DNA of 63,475 bases, counting the filler, from Octopus bimaculoides (taxonomy: Eukaryota): NCBI RefSeq assembly GCF_001194135.2. It is 10 parts of 9 records of this genome, joined end to end, with 100 filler letters (N's around TTAATTAATTAA, not from the genome) between each part and the next. Parts side by side here need not be neighbours in the genome. Positions count along the whole stretch, not along the records: positions 1 to 18,412 come from NC_068983.1; 9 more parts are not named here. One strand, written 5' to 3'. Under the pieces are notes generated by a model. It worked only from the letters and a program-made list of their open reading frames with translations, had not been told where the DNA came from and ran no database searches. Below, piece by piece: positions 1 through 13,600 of this stretch (positions within the stretch are counted from its first letter, which is position 1; each line of letters begins with the position of its first letter). A program made the translations under genes and the position numbers.

Positions 1-409
1 CTTTGTGAGTCCTGTTGGTATTCGGTGGATTATGTGTACGTAGATTTAAGCTTTCTGGTCTCCCTTTTCTGCGCTCCCGCTTATTTTATATATATATAAG
101 AAATGAAAAAACAATTAATGGAAAATACACACACTTTACATAGTTTTAATATAATTTTTAATATATCGATCGGTTTCGCTTTCGATATTCATGATGTTAT
201 GGTTTACTAATTTGAACATTTATTTTCTTAAGAAGAAATTTTGTCCATGTTGTGTGTGATGATATTTACGTGTGAATGGCTTCACAAGTAGATGAATAAG
301 GGGAAGTAATTGGTTATCGTTATTATTGTTGTTGTTGTTGTGGGCAAGGGAGATAACTGTTCAGCTTTCAGTAACGGGAGGGGAATATGTGTGTACAACA
401 CAAAAAAAC

Positions 410-667
410 CACCCGAAACACATCAAAATAAATATCTCTTTCAATCTGGCAAAAAGGATTTGCTCAAGAGTTTCTGATAGAATAACTCGGGACCATCGTC
501 TTCAAGACCACAAAGCAATGCTTACTGAAAGACAATAGCCACCCTCACTTGTTGAAGAGGGAATTAAACGTGCCAAGAAATAGACATAAAAACAATAAGA
601 ACAACAAAATATAACACCACACCTCATCTCAAAACATTACTGTTTATATCAACACACAACCCTAGAA

Positions 668-670
<3 letters not shown>
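410..670 (+). mobile_element. Penelope-like element fragment (RT thumb / linker region), degenerate
   Basis: Translates across stops as HPKHIKINISFNLAKRICSRVSD...EEGIKRAK...FISTHNP. This is homologous to the same region of the larger PLE at 21865-22330 (HLKHIKIDIPYNLAKRICPIVSD...DGIKRAK...YISTHNP). Confidence 0.78.
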
Positions 671-702
<32 letters not shown>

Positions 703-719
703 ATTTTCTATTTTTTTGC

Positions 720-1100
720 ACGCTTCAGCCAATATACTGCAGCTAGGCTGGGGTATCACCCTGAAGACGTTTACTCAAATGAATGGTCACCGGTCCAGTT
801 TTGTTATTATTTAAGCCTGGTACGTTTTCAAACCGACAAGTTCCCATCACGAAAACACAGATACAGTCACACCCTCATCCACTCACACACACATAAACCC
901 ACACTCACATATACACACATACATACAAACACTCACATATATACGACGGGGTTCTTTCAGTTTCAGTCTATCAAATCAAATTCAATGGCAATAAATATCA
1001 ATTAGTTTATAGAAGAGATCTACCCAAGTTGTCACGCAGTTCGATCTGAATTTAGGGCCATGAGGTTGGGAAGCAAAGTTGCCATACAGCCACTTCTGCG
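720..1100 (-). mobile_element. Degenerate SINE family B (tRNA head + CORE-like + internal microsatellite + 3' module)
   Basis: The reverse strand reads CGCAGAAGTGGCTGTATGG...ACTTGGGTAGATCTCTTCTATA...CTGAAAGAACCCCGTCG, then a (TG)n-like tract. It is homologous to the intact copy at 26347-26772. Confidence 0.6.
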
Positions 1101-1162
1101 CTTATATACATATATACACACTCACATACACACACACACACACGCGCGCGCGTATATATATA

Positions 1163-1647
1163 CAGTTACCCCAGCTTATTGGCGGTTCGATATTTGCAGT
1201 CCCGGTTATTCACGGAACTAATAATTGTTCGCGGAAACCACCGCATATTTGCCGCATCGTAAATATCGGCCGCAATTTTTTTATGGCACTTTCCGCGCCA
1301 ATATATATACTTTTTAACACTTTTTAAGCTAAATTATTAATAATAATATACCGTATTTACTGGCTTACTGGACGCCCCATTACAGCTGAATGTCCCTCTG
1401 ATTAGAATAGCCGCACATCACGTCGCTTGATTTTTCTTAGATACAAGAACACAGTATATTGTATCTATTATTCCTGCTTTCCATCAAAGCTTGCTAATTG
1501 GCGACTAACAGCGACTACCAGAGCTTTTTTAAAACATCCATCACTATATTTCATCATGCACATTGTTTATTTCAGCAAGATAATTTTTAAGGTCATGAGC
1601 CTATATAAACTCATTGAAATTAGGTTACTTGCTAGTCTCTCTCTCTT

Positions 1648-1730
<83 letters not shown>

Positions 1731-3113
1731 TATAGTATAGATTACTGCATCTAGTGGTAATACAACCAAATATTTCAAAACCTTGATTCTTTTTAAACTC
1801 TGCTCAATTTCCCATCGATGCTATGCGCAAATTAGACGCACTGAAGATTTTTTTGTGGCTTTTGTTTCTGGAAAAACAGCGTCGAGTATCTATCTCCAGT
1901 ATTTTGTTGAGTGCTGTATTTTTAGCAGCGTGTTATGAATGCCCAAACATGCCACTCAATCGCCTAACACTTTCTGGCAGTGAACCTAAGCGCCAGAAAA
2001 AGGCTATCACACTCCATGAGAAGGCACAACTGCTGGATATATTTCGGGGATGTAAAAGTTATGCTGCAGTAGGTCGCTATTATGTTGTCAACAAAGCAGC
2101 ATACGCTACATAAAGATGAAGGCGGTGGCAATCACGACTACCGTAGCAGAAAGTTTCTGTGAAAATCCCGAAATATAACGATAGCCAGAATGGAATCTGC
2201 CATGGCATTGTGGATCAGTGACTGCGAAAAAAAAAATAAAACATTCCCTTGAGCGGTAACATCATCCGTGAGAGCGAGAAAGAGCGGAAATTATCCCAGC
2301 AGTTCGACAGAGGAGGCGGTGCAGAAGGCACCGTAAACCCGCAATCAAGACCATTGACAGCACCGGACCCCAAAGATTTTCAAAACAGCAAGGGATGGTT
2401 TGACGATTTCCAAAAAGTGTGTTTCCCTGCACGAAGAGACAGCATCAGCTGATAAAAAAAACACCGAGAAGTACTTCGAGGTCTTCAGGTAGATCATCGA
2501 GTACAAGGGATACAAGCCATAACAGGTTTTGAGTATGAACGAAACTGGCTTCTTCTGGAAGAAGATACCTTCCAGAACGTATGTCATGAAGGACGATATC
2601 AGAACCCAAGTTTTAAAGCACAGAAGAACAGAATGAAACCAATTACGTGCGGCAATGCTGCTGGCTTCATAATAAGACCAGGACTTATCTAGAAGTCCGT
2701 GAACCCGAGGGCCATCAAAACTAAGAATAAAACCCTGCTGCCTGTCCAATGGACGCAAAACCCCAAGGTCTGGGTTACCGAAACTCTGACTTCGAATTGT
2801 TTCCACCAATGCTTCAGCCCTCAAGCCAAATATTGCCTCCGAAATGTTTGCATGGAATTCAAGGTGTTGTTATGGATAATGCTGGTGTATTCGAATTACG
2901 AGGGAGTTCAAGTCAAGTTCCTCCTTGCCAACACCACCTCCCTTATCCAACCTATGGGTCAGTGCGTGATCTGTGCGTTCAAGGCAACTACACTCGGAAG
3001 ACTCTCCAATACCTTGTGGACGGAATGGATTCGGACGAAAATTTCAAGTTAAAGGAGTACAATCGTAACATGTCTGTCAGTCATGCCTGGTAGGGACATG
3101 CAAAAAGAAACTC
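1163..3113 (+). mobile_element. Tigger/pogo DNA transposon, 3'-truncated
   Basis: TA followed by a CAGTTACCCC... TIR-like start at 1163, with a transposase remnant downstream. No right TIR is visible; the sequence switches to a LINE at ~3114. Confidence 0.8.
1940..3110 (+). pseudogene. Tigger/pogo transposase pseudogene (CENP-B HTH + DDE_1)
   Basis: Frameshifted segments read PKRQKKAITLHEKAQLLD (HTH), FQNSKGWFDDFQK (CENP-B HTH), GYKP*QVLSMNETGFFWKKIPSRTY (first catalytic motif) and NPRAIKTKNKTLLPVQW...KVWVT...FLLANTTSLIQPMGQCVICAFKA. Confidence 0.88.
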
Positions 3114-4160
3114 TCATTGCATTACCGGGCAAGAGTAGCCACCCTACTCGTTAACTCGTCCCAGTTCTTCTCCGTTTGGAGGTCCGCACCAAACCAGACC
3201 CCGAGCAACTCAACCGGAGCGTCGGTCCAGCGTCCCACAACGGAGGCGAGCTGGACGGCATGGGCTTGATTCTCTAGGTGCCGAGCCGCAAGCCCACTGA
3301 CTTTTCCCCGTTTATTTTTGCTCCTGTTACCGCTTCGTAGTCATCCAGTGTCTCGCNNNNNNNNNNCTTGTCTTGGCTAGACAGTATGATGGCGACGTCG
3401 TCCACGTATGCGGATACGCTCGTTCCGCTTTCCAATTCTCGCAGGTTGTCTATGTGTCTTATCTACCTATGTGTCGTATCTAAGTCTAGAGTACACGTCA
3501 CAAGTTTGTGGTCCATGTAGCTGACTATGTGGAATTGTGGACACCCTACACTATCTCTATCTACTCTCTTACACAGTATTCTATCTAGATGCGATCTGGA
3601 CGACCCGATGCGGTTGCTCCATGTCCACGTTGCCGCATTCGGGTGGTTGAATCGGTACCTGTCAGCCAGTTGAATGCGTCTGAGCAGGTTTCTAAGGCAC
3701 TTGCATCCCTGTCTATTCTTATCTCTGCCCACGTTGTCTAGATGCGTGTCGAAGGCGGTATCCCAATTCCCCCACTAAAAGTAAAGGACAACACGCTCCT
3801 AGGAATACTTCTAAACGTCGAAAGAAACTCGGCCGACCTGTTAATGGCGGTGCATAATAAACTGATATGAGTCGAAAAGCACATCCATCGCTGCGTCGAC
3901 ATCCAAGACAACCAGTCTACCCTCCGGGTATACGAATATTGTCTTTAATTAGAGATACAGACTCTTGCGGAAAAGTACCGCAGTGCCACTACCGCACATT
4001 CTCAGCAGACAGGGAGAAAAATAAATGTTACACTGTCTGTCAAACATGGACTTTAGGGCCCGTGGCTCATTGAGTCTGGTCTCACTTATGGCTATGATTT
4101 CTAATTCACGTGACTTTATGTCGTTTAGGAGAGGACCCCAAGCCATGCACATTTACACAA
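3114..4160 (-). mobile_element. Tx1/L1-clade non-LTR retrotransposon fragment (APE endonuclease + RT C-terminal part, internal deletion)
   Basis: The minus strand gives APE motifs IIAISETR, PEGRLVVLDV and TWTWSN..SRSHLDRIL..DHKL. These are followed immediately by RT SVSAYVDDVAII and YEAVTGAKINGEKS..ELLGVWFG. Confidence 0.85.
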
Positions 4161-6608
4161 CCAATCTTCAGCATAATGATGTGTGTATTCAAACCCTAAC
4201 GATAGGAACAGAGAGTCACTTACCGTGCGAAAGGTTTTGTGTCCCCTCCGGATTTTCCTCGAGGAGATCGCTATAAAGTTTTTTGGAAGAGTATTTCTGA
4301 CATTTTCCAACCGCGTTTGGGTAAATGGATTTTAATATGTGGTGCAGGGCTGGTGTGACGTGCAATACTTTGATGTGTTCTGGCGGTTTTGTGTATTGGT
4401 TGTTGCTTGTTTTTATGTCTTCATGTGTAATATTTGTTTTTGTGTTGATGTATTCCATCATCTCTGTATTTTTCGCGTCGATGGCAGTGAGAATTGTGCA
4501 TGTGCTTATTTTTGAGGTGTTGGTGCTGTGTGTGCTAGTGTCGGTGTCGGGAGTGTTTTCGGGAGTTTTGTATCTCCCTGCTTTGTTGGTGTTGACTTTT
4601 GTTCTTTTTGCTCTCCTCTTCCTCCTTCCTTTTCTGGCTATAGATAGATAGAGTGACTGATTGATTGATTGATTGAGTGATTGATTGATTGATTGATTTT
4701 GTAATCCAAAAGCCATTCAATATTTAGAATTTTCAATATTTTATAGCAGAGATAGGTAATTATTTAATATAAAAATAATTAACCGATTACCATTTTCTCT
4801 TAAGAAAAGGTATCATAATTATTTCCATAAAAGATCAAGTTTAATCTACGTTGAAAAAATATGGAGGACTTCTTATCTGCTAATATGTTGCGCTGTTGTC
4901 GTGAAGTGATGTACAGATTACGAATTCAGAGAACTTGAAAGAATCAATGTGGTCTGATGTGTGTTCAATGAATGAACTTATGTAAGTTTTATTGTTATAA
5001 TGAAATTCGTGTAACTGAATTACTAGTATTCAACTGTACTACGAAGAATATATTTTTTGCAACTTAGTATGGGTTAAATTTTGGGCACGTAATGTACAAA
5101 GTAGATAATAAAATGTAATAAGTCCATTTGTTATAGAAGATCGAAGAAATCTCGCTGATAGATTATATTGTAATTAGCCTATATGCAGCATTTCATTAGG
5201 CCCAGTAGCATTAATCAAGGACATACTTTTCATTTGACAGATACTTGTATAAATTAATTTTCAGAACTTTGAGAACGGTGTATGCATGTCGCAAGTGTAT
5301 GATGCTAAATCTTGTTTCTGAGAATAGTCAGAAAGTATAGATGTCGATTGCAGACCATCTTCCTGCTATTTCTTAAGGTTAATTTCCAAATTCCCTGCTT
5401 TTGACAATCATCTTGAATTTCAAGAGAACCATTTTATACAAGTGTTGATTCACCTCGTGCAGTGACCTTATTGTGCACTTGAGATAATTTATCGGTGTAA
5501 ACAATCTTAGTTATATGCTTTTAAAAGCACATTGACGGTTAACAATGTTCATGTAAAGTGAAATACAGTAGTGTTAAACCAATATAAATTTTTCTGAAAG
5601 CATCTGTTAGCGTATATACATATATCGCTTCCATGTCATGTTTCATCCTTCATTGCATTCAAAATGAAGAGACTGTGCTCCGAAACTCTTCCATTTATTT
5701 CAGTTTGAAATAAGCAAAACTTTTATGACTCTATGTGTCATTCTGTCTTATCGTAGTTTGTAATTCAATGTTTGATTTAGTTGCTAATCAAAGGCGTACA
5801 TATCTCGAGAATAGAGACAGCATTATTCTTCTGAATCGTATTCTTATTAAGTGTCAACCCTCACATCACATTCTGACATGGGTCATCCCTATGAACACAT
5901 TTATCTAGGCTGCATGACGAATCACATTTGATCAAAGAAGCGCGTGCATGAAACTTTGTTTTATTTTTATTTACTATGAAATTCGATCCTATGTGCGTTT
6001 TTACCTTATCGATTGTATTGATATACGATAATTGTGGCAACATTATATATATATATTCCTATATCCAATCTCACAATTCGGCTCCGATTGGATCCAGCTG
6101 ACTCCGGTTAGATTTGAATAAAATATAGTTTTCTACCTGCATCAACTCCATTTGCGAAAACTTTCACATGATCCACTTTCATCCATTTATATCCCTTGGT
6201 TTCTCTATAACGGTTAAGAAATCTCGAGATGCAATTTTGTCCAGTGACTGCCACAAAAATACCTACGAATCTAAGTGAATCTTCGCTTGTTCTCTGACTT
6301 ATATAAGACCATACGATATGAAAGAGAATAGATGATGGACATGGAGAAGTGAAGTAGCGTCAATGTGATTGCTAAAGTTGTTGGAAATACCATCAAATCT
6401 TGTATCACTTATAAAATATAGAGAACATATTGAATGATGATATGCATCTTATTCTATCCATGAATAATTAGTACAATCATCGTATATGAATCAATTTGAC
6501 CAGACCTGATCTGAACTCTATATAAACAACAATAGACAATATGATTCTCTCTCTGTGTCTCTGTCTCTCTGTCTCTGTCTCTGTCTCTGTCTCTCTCTCT
6601 TTCTCTCT

Positions 6609-6699
<91 letters not shown>

Positions 6700-6799
6700 T
6701 ATATAAACTCTTTCATCATTCGAAATAATGTTGTTGTCCTTTATAATCTATGAATTTATGTCATGTGTCAATTATTGAACATGCTACCGGGCATAAATA

Positions 6800-7745
6800 T
6801 ATATTTCGAAATACGTTTAGCCAAGAGCTACGCAAAATTGTATTCAAGCTCTTCAAAATCCATCGCAATTTTGTAAACCCTTCCGTATTGTCAGCAGGTA
6901 TCAAAGCGTCACAAGCGTTTCGCCCCTTGGTCAATACGCGTTGTCTCAGTGGGGAAGCGAAAATTGAGGTAGTATTCCAGGACTGAATATCTCCACTAAA
7001 GGCCTCTTATCAACCATAGCAGCCTTGAGCTTGTTTAAGCTGCAGTACCTCTCTCATTGATAGTTTCTTTAGATGCCAGCCCTACCTTCTTTAGAAAATT
7101 GTGCACTGATCTAACTGGAAATATGTGATGCTGACTTAAACGTGGAGTGAAGTCACTTGACCTCTCTTAATAAGGGCCTAATCGATCAAGTCCTGATTAC
7201 TGTTTTTTTTAGCAGGTAGAAAATATTGAATCTGTCCTTCCAGGGTACTATGAATTCGTCCAAGATTATTGTTTTTGATTTTCCTAGAGAGCAGGAACAT
7301 GTGTATCTGATTGGTTTTAACGCTATCACCTCTGAGAAGATAAGTCTGCCCTACAAGTTCACTTGCATCTTCCAGTATGAGGATGAACACAAAATCGAAA
7401 ACGTGTCCTCTGCCCTTTCTATCTTCCTCGAAACCTTACTGCATTCGTTTAGGAATCAGGTAACTTTGTAGCTAGTGTTTCTTAAACTTCACCTTTTGCA
7501 TATCAGTCCACTTGGCAAAATCTGCTAAGAACTTGTCATGTCTCCAAATGTATCGGTTTTCTCGAAGTTAACATAGCATCCAGTGAATATGTAGTTCAAG
7601 GGGCAAAAGATGGATCCAGCCTTTGTCCCATATCTTAATGCAATTTGGGGTTGGCAAGTGCCCAGCAAGAGAACGATGGCAAAAGAACAGCCTTCCCTCG
7701 TCAGAGAAACAGCTTCCTTTCAAAGGTAGTAGGCGCTTAGTTACT
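6800..7745 (-). mobile_element. HERO/NeSL-like RLE non-LTR retrotransposon 3' fragment, degenerate
   Basis: Minus strand across frameshifts: HLPTPNCIKIW; CPLNYIFTGC..RYIWRHDKFL (zinc knuckle + RHD motif); SKTIILDEFIVPWKDR (similar to ELTVPWE); SVHNFLKKVG..SSRLLWLIR; then 3' UTR. Confidence 0.75.
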
Positions 7746-10489
7746 AGTCACGCTATATTCACACACACAACATATACAAAAACTATATGTGTGTGTGTGT
7801 GTGTGTGTATGTGTGAATGAAACAGTTTCATTCAAACTCCTTGGCACTCTGAGTTTCAAGCGTGATGCTACTCTTCGGCAATTAGAGTTTGAATGAGGAA
7901 AGTCAATTTTTTTTTTTTTTTACCGGACGTTAGGGTGCGCCACACTTTTAGTACATTTCTTTCGAAAGCCCTAACTTTCGATAACTCATTTTTTTTTTAC
8001 CTTTCTTTCCAGATTACTAATGTCAGACATTAGGTTGACTCTGTAAGTGAAAAGCCACGCTTCTTCAATTACTGCCATGAAGACGCAGCACAGCGATTCA
8101 GAAAGAGTTCGTTTCTTGAGAATTTGAATGAACAAAGCTATCACCTGTGCACTCCAGTAGTGGATATACTAATTTTTGCATGAATTTGTCTGAACAAAGC
8201 TGTAAGCATGCATTTGAAAATATGCGACGAACCTGACATTCAGTTTCTACCTCAGTATATTGATGCAGCCTTTGCTGGCAGTGTTAAAGCGTTGAGAACA
8301 GCTAACAGTGGCATACGAAATGTACTACCTGGATGTGAGTGGTGCAAAGAGTTGTGCATACATATTTTATATACTGTATTTTTCTAATAATTTCCCTGGA
8401 CTTCTCTTGATTATTTGATTTATTCCCTCTATGAAAACGAGAAGAAATTAGTATTTAATACATATTCATTTATCATTACTGAATTTCTGTGACAAGTGTA
8501 GTTGCACAATAATTCAAATTATTGTTTTCAACAATATCACGATCTTGTATATTTTTCAGTATATCATTATCTTTTAAAATTGCAGAAATAATCTATCGTT
8601 TTCAAGTTGTCTTAATATTAGTGATATTTCTATCAACATTTCTTTCTTCACTTCAGTGTTCTTAATCCACTTATATTCGTCATTTGATATATCAGAATAT
8701 TCTAAATCTTGTAATTTATCTTCATTATAGCAGATTTCTACTTTTTCATTTCTCATTCTTCTACTATTTCTTCTTTTTCTTCTACTTTTCATTTTCGTTT
8801 CATAAACACCTACATCATTAACAACATCTTTACCAAAGTCTATTACTCTGTATTGTGCAGTGTTATGAATGTGAAATGATCGATGATGTCACCATTGCTC
8901 TTGTCCTTCCTCGGCAGTTCCACCACTTACTATTTCATAGAACGTAGAATGGTTCTAACCTGCTGCTATTTGCTATGAATTTTTGCCGGCATTTCTGTAA
9001 AATTTCTGGCTTGAAATCTCATCGATAACTCCATGCATATTCGACGAGTCACCCTCGCAAATTTTAATGACGTTACTTAGCTGCTCTACCTTAACCACGG
9101 TAATCCACTTTTACCAGCTCTTTAAACCAGATGGCATAAGTCGGAGAAGGATATATCACTAGGTTCAATTCTATCGTCTCGATTATATTGCTTCTCCTTA
9201 TTGTGCTATATGTTACTGAAAAACTATCTGAAATCGGTTAAGTGTAAGGATATCTAAGGAAACTTTCTGTATCTTGTGCTGTTTATTTCTTCTCTTTTTT
9301 TATCCATCACTACTTTTGATAAAACTCTATCCATTCTATATTGATAGATCTTTGTATATCTACTACCGTTTGCAGCCGGTCGATTCAATAACGATCTAAC
9401 TTGATAGTATGGTCTCTGTAGTCTTTCAATGTGGGAATGGAAACTTTAGCTTCACAAGATCATACCTTTATACTGTATCCTAATGGAAAAGTTTGTTGCC
9501 TGTGTGGCAGTTACATAGAGTGAACATTTCATAGGATACTGTCCACAAAATTAAAACATTCTAAACTATCGAAATACTATAAAGATTACCAGAACAGTTT
9601 GACTAATATCATTTTTACACATACTGGAAAATATACTTATTTATACTTATTTATATACTTATATTTAAGTATATAAATATACTTATTTATGCTTATTTTT
9701 ATTTAAGTATATAAATATAGTTATTTATGCTTATTCTTACACATACTGGAAAATATATCTTATTTACAAACGTATTTGTGTCTCAGTTGACAGGCTAACA
9801 TTAAGGAACCAATATAAGATCGCCCTGTCTTTCAAACCATTCCAGTTATCTAACACTTTATGAGGAAGACATACCTAGAAATATTCAACACAAAAGCACC
9901 ATTGTTCCTTAAGGGGACGTCCTCTGTATTGAGCTCACCACCTTCCAAAATGTTCAATGAAAATTTGAGAAGTAATCATTTAATTGTAAAAATATCACGT
10001 AAATGGAAATTCTGTTGCAGACACTGCACAAATTCGTTCGAGAGAAGTTGGCATTTCGAAGAGAAAATCACGCTAATGCATTCAGTCATAGAACTCATGA
10101 TAATTATTAATATCCCAAATATTTAGGCATCTTTTACTTTTAGTGATTTCTTATTGTCCACATCGTAAAGATCAAGATTTCACCGCTTCATCTTTATTAT
10201 CATATATTATTGATTCTGAAAGTAATCTCAACGTCACTAATAATTAGTCTTACACATCACATCTAGGAATTCATTTTGTCTATCGCATTCTCACAAACCT
10301 TTGAAACACCCGTAATCAAGAGATGTTTCTCTCTTTCTCATATTGTATGTTAATCTTTCCTTAGATTTGTTTCGTATAATTGCCAAAGTGAGATAGAGAG
10401 ACTACAAACGCGATGGGAAGAAGAAAACATGTGACTTGTATATCTGATAAACTCTCCCCTCTTGTTAATTCTAATCTCCAAATACTATC

Positions 10490-10529
10490 ATAATCATAAT
10501 TATCATCATCTTCATCATCATCATCATCG

Positions 10530-10603
<74 letters not shown>

Positions 10604-10690
10604 GTCATCGTTATCAACGTCGTCGTCATCGTCGTCGTTTACGTCTACGTCCTTGTCGTCATCGTCGTCATCATCATCATCATCATCAAT
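10490..10690. repeat. Compound (CAT)n/(CGT)n microsatellite
   Basis: Directly visible. It explains the poly-D and poly-H ORFs. Confidence 0.95.
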
Positions 10691-13600
10691 ATTATTATTA
10701 CACAAATATAAACAAAACTGTTTTGGTGTTTGGCACAAAGACAACAGATGTCTGACATGACAATGGTGTATGATAAACAGTAAATATTTAATATTTCTCC
10801 CTTACACTTTAAAGAAAATAACATACAAAATATTTTCGTTCCTATAAAGACGTAGTTCCTGAGGCCATAATAAAAGATGGCAGTTCAGAATTTTCTGTTG
10901 CACATCAAAGAGAAGTTTGTCAATCTAGATTCTAAACCGATAGAAGCACCCAACATGCCAAACACGGTTGTGTGTTTTCATTTTCTTTAAGTTTAATAAA
11001 CTGTAGAATTTCCAGTCACCTTCTACTTCTCTTAGTACTTAAGGAAGATATTTGGGAGAAATAAAATTTGGGAGATATTTTGGAGAAATAAAAGCTGACT
11101 TCTCTTTTCTTTCAAACGTGTCCACCACATGACTTATATTGTCATAACAATTTGAAGTACCGTTGTATATTTCGAGAGAAATATTGAACAAAATTGTACA
11201 AACAAATTAAATATATTTCGCATATAAATCACTGATGATTTTATGCAAGTTATTCTTTCTGCGATATTTTTCTTATATAGTTCCTTAAAAAATTCATTCA
11301 CAAATCTACATTTACCATCGATTTGTTTTTTCCTTTATTTTGTGAACAATAGTTCTTTAAATTGGTTTACACCCCCCGGGTATATTTGTATAGATATTTT
11401 CTTTACGTATTAATTTTCCTGGTTTTGCTTGTCTCAAATGTACTGTATTGTAACATAGTTTGCGCTTCAAAATACTCAAATATGTATATACACTGACATA
11501 TGTCTATCTGTTTATCTATCAACTATCTGTCTGTATGTTTGCCTGTTTTTGCCTCTTCCCAGACACACACAAACAAGCACACCAAGACACACGCACACAT
11601 ACATATGTTTGTACGCATGTATTTGTGTATGCATTTATGTAAGACTTCCATCTATGCATGTAATTTATATACGAATATATGAACACTTGTACAAGTATTA
11701 ATGTCAGGGTTGCTAAATACGATACATATTGCAGAAGTTGAATAAATTAGTAGAATAAATGCAAACATAGTTAAATTATGGAGGGGATCATGTCCTCTTA
11801 TGTAGTAAGAAAACTTGTGTAGATACGAATGTAAATTACACAGTTTGTATCTCAGCTATTGCTTGTTATTTCTTCTCTGCTTCATATTATGAACAGTAAA
11901 ATCGCCTTTGCATATATTGTTATGTTGATATGTTAATACAGCTATGAAGGTGATACTTCGTTTATTTAGAGCATGTCGTACTATAAGTAGTACTGAAACT
12001 CTATGTTGTATGAAAACACTCATTGTTCAAGTGTTAATTATTGAGTATAAGATGTTTTGAGTGTTCAACGAATTCAATTCTCATCAAATATTTCTTTAGG
12101 CTAGTTTCTTTCTTTTTTTACAGTAGCATTCGTCTTTTATTAAATAAGAAGGAAGTGGTGTATTTAGTATAAAGAAGCATAAAGTGGATTATATTATCTC
12201 TGACACTAGGGAAATGCAACTTCATACAGTGTATATCTGCCTGGAATTTGAATGTTTTCAATGCCACTTGTGCTTCAAGCTTATTGTTGTTTATATCGGG
12301 CAGCCTCATGAAATATTATGTACTAAACGCAAATGTCTGACTGCTTCGAATTGAATTTATTCCTGTATAATGTGCATGTTTCGCGCCCACACAATTAATT
12401 TCATAACTACATCTCAAAAAAACGGATTTCATTAGTGACACATGATGTTTCCAGAAGTACTATGACAAATTTCCAAAAAGACGTTGAGTGGTACTATAAA
12501 TGCTAGCATGTGAAGTTCTCATAAGTGCAAAACAGAACCTAGGGTGGGTTCTCGGGACGTTCTTCCCAAGAATTTGTCCGTAATGCATTTCAGGCACGAC
12601 TATATGTAATATTTTGACTTTAGTGTGGCGGTTGAATATATTGGGATGCTATACCACAATACTTCCATATCCATCTAAGAACTGACACCGAGAGCACGGT
12701 CATATGAAATATGCATGCAACGTATCAATTCCATACTAGTTTTAGTCTTTGCAAAAATGTGTTTCATTTTCTTACCAATGTCATCATGTAAGTGCATGGT
12801 TACGCATCGGAGAATGAATATCATGCAAAATAATATTCATTCTAGAACACATTTTAGTTGCATTTGAAATATGGAAAAATAAGAATATTGAAAATAGAAA
12901 TTACAGTGGCTATATTACTATCACTATACGAGATAATAAAATACTTCATCTCATCTGGGATGCTCGCTTTTGTGTGAATTTCCCTGGATATCTACTTAGT
13001 TCTGTCTTATCTAAATAAACACCTGAAAATCCATACGTTTTAGCTTCTACTGGAATTTGAATTGCCGTTGGATAAATTTGCCGTTGGATAAATCTGCAAA
13101 GGCCCATTTGGAATCTAAATATTATATATAAACAAGATATCTATTGAAACATTTTCGGTATTGTGATTTTCTCAGTATGAATTTTTCCCCAGGAAATGCA
13201 TATTAATCCTTTCACTTCAATTTTGTTATTATGTGTATATATATTTATTCACACACACACACACGCAAACACACACGTACGTACATACATACATGCATAC
13301 ATACATACATACATACATGCATACATACATACACACATGTATTACGCATAAGAGTAGCATTTTCATATGCTTGGGATGAGATAAAACACTTCAAGATCTC
13401 ACATATTTTAGTAAGTATTTAAACAATTTACAACACCAAATGTTGGACAAATCTGAAATTCCTTACAGTTTGACATTGAATAAATTACTTTTTAAAATAT
13501 CGTCAGTATCTGAAGATACATTCTATGTATCACATTCCGATAACTGTAAGACTGACTGTTTTGAGCCACCATAATTAAAGCTTCACAATTTAAAACGTCA

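Noticed and set aside
4160-4640. 166-aa minus-strand ORF upstream of the Tx1 endonuclease, possibly ORF1
   Set aside because: It has no zinc knuckle or other recognisable motif and starts in an (ATTG)n repeat, so it cannot be supported.
7826-7895. Hairpin with a 12-13 bp stem and CUUGGCAC (miR-96-family-like seed)
   Set aside because: The upper stem pairs poorly, the precursor is too short, and the sequence diverges from miR-96/182/183 after 9 nt.
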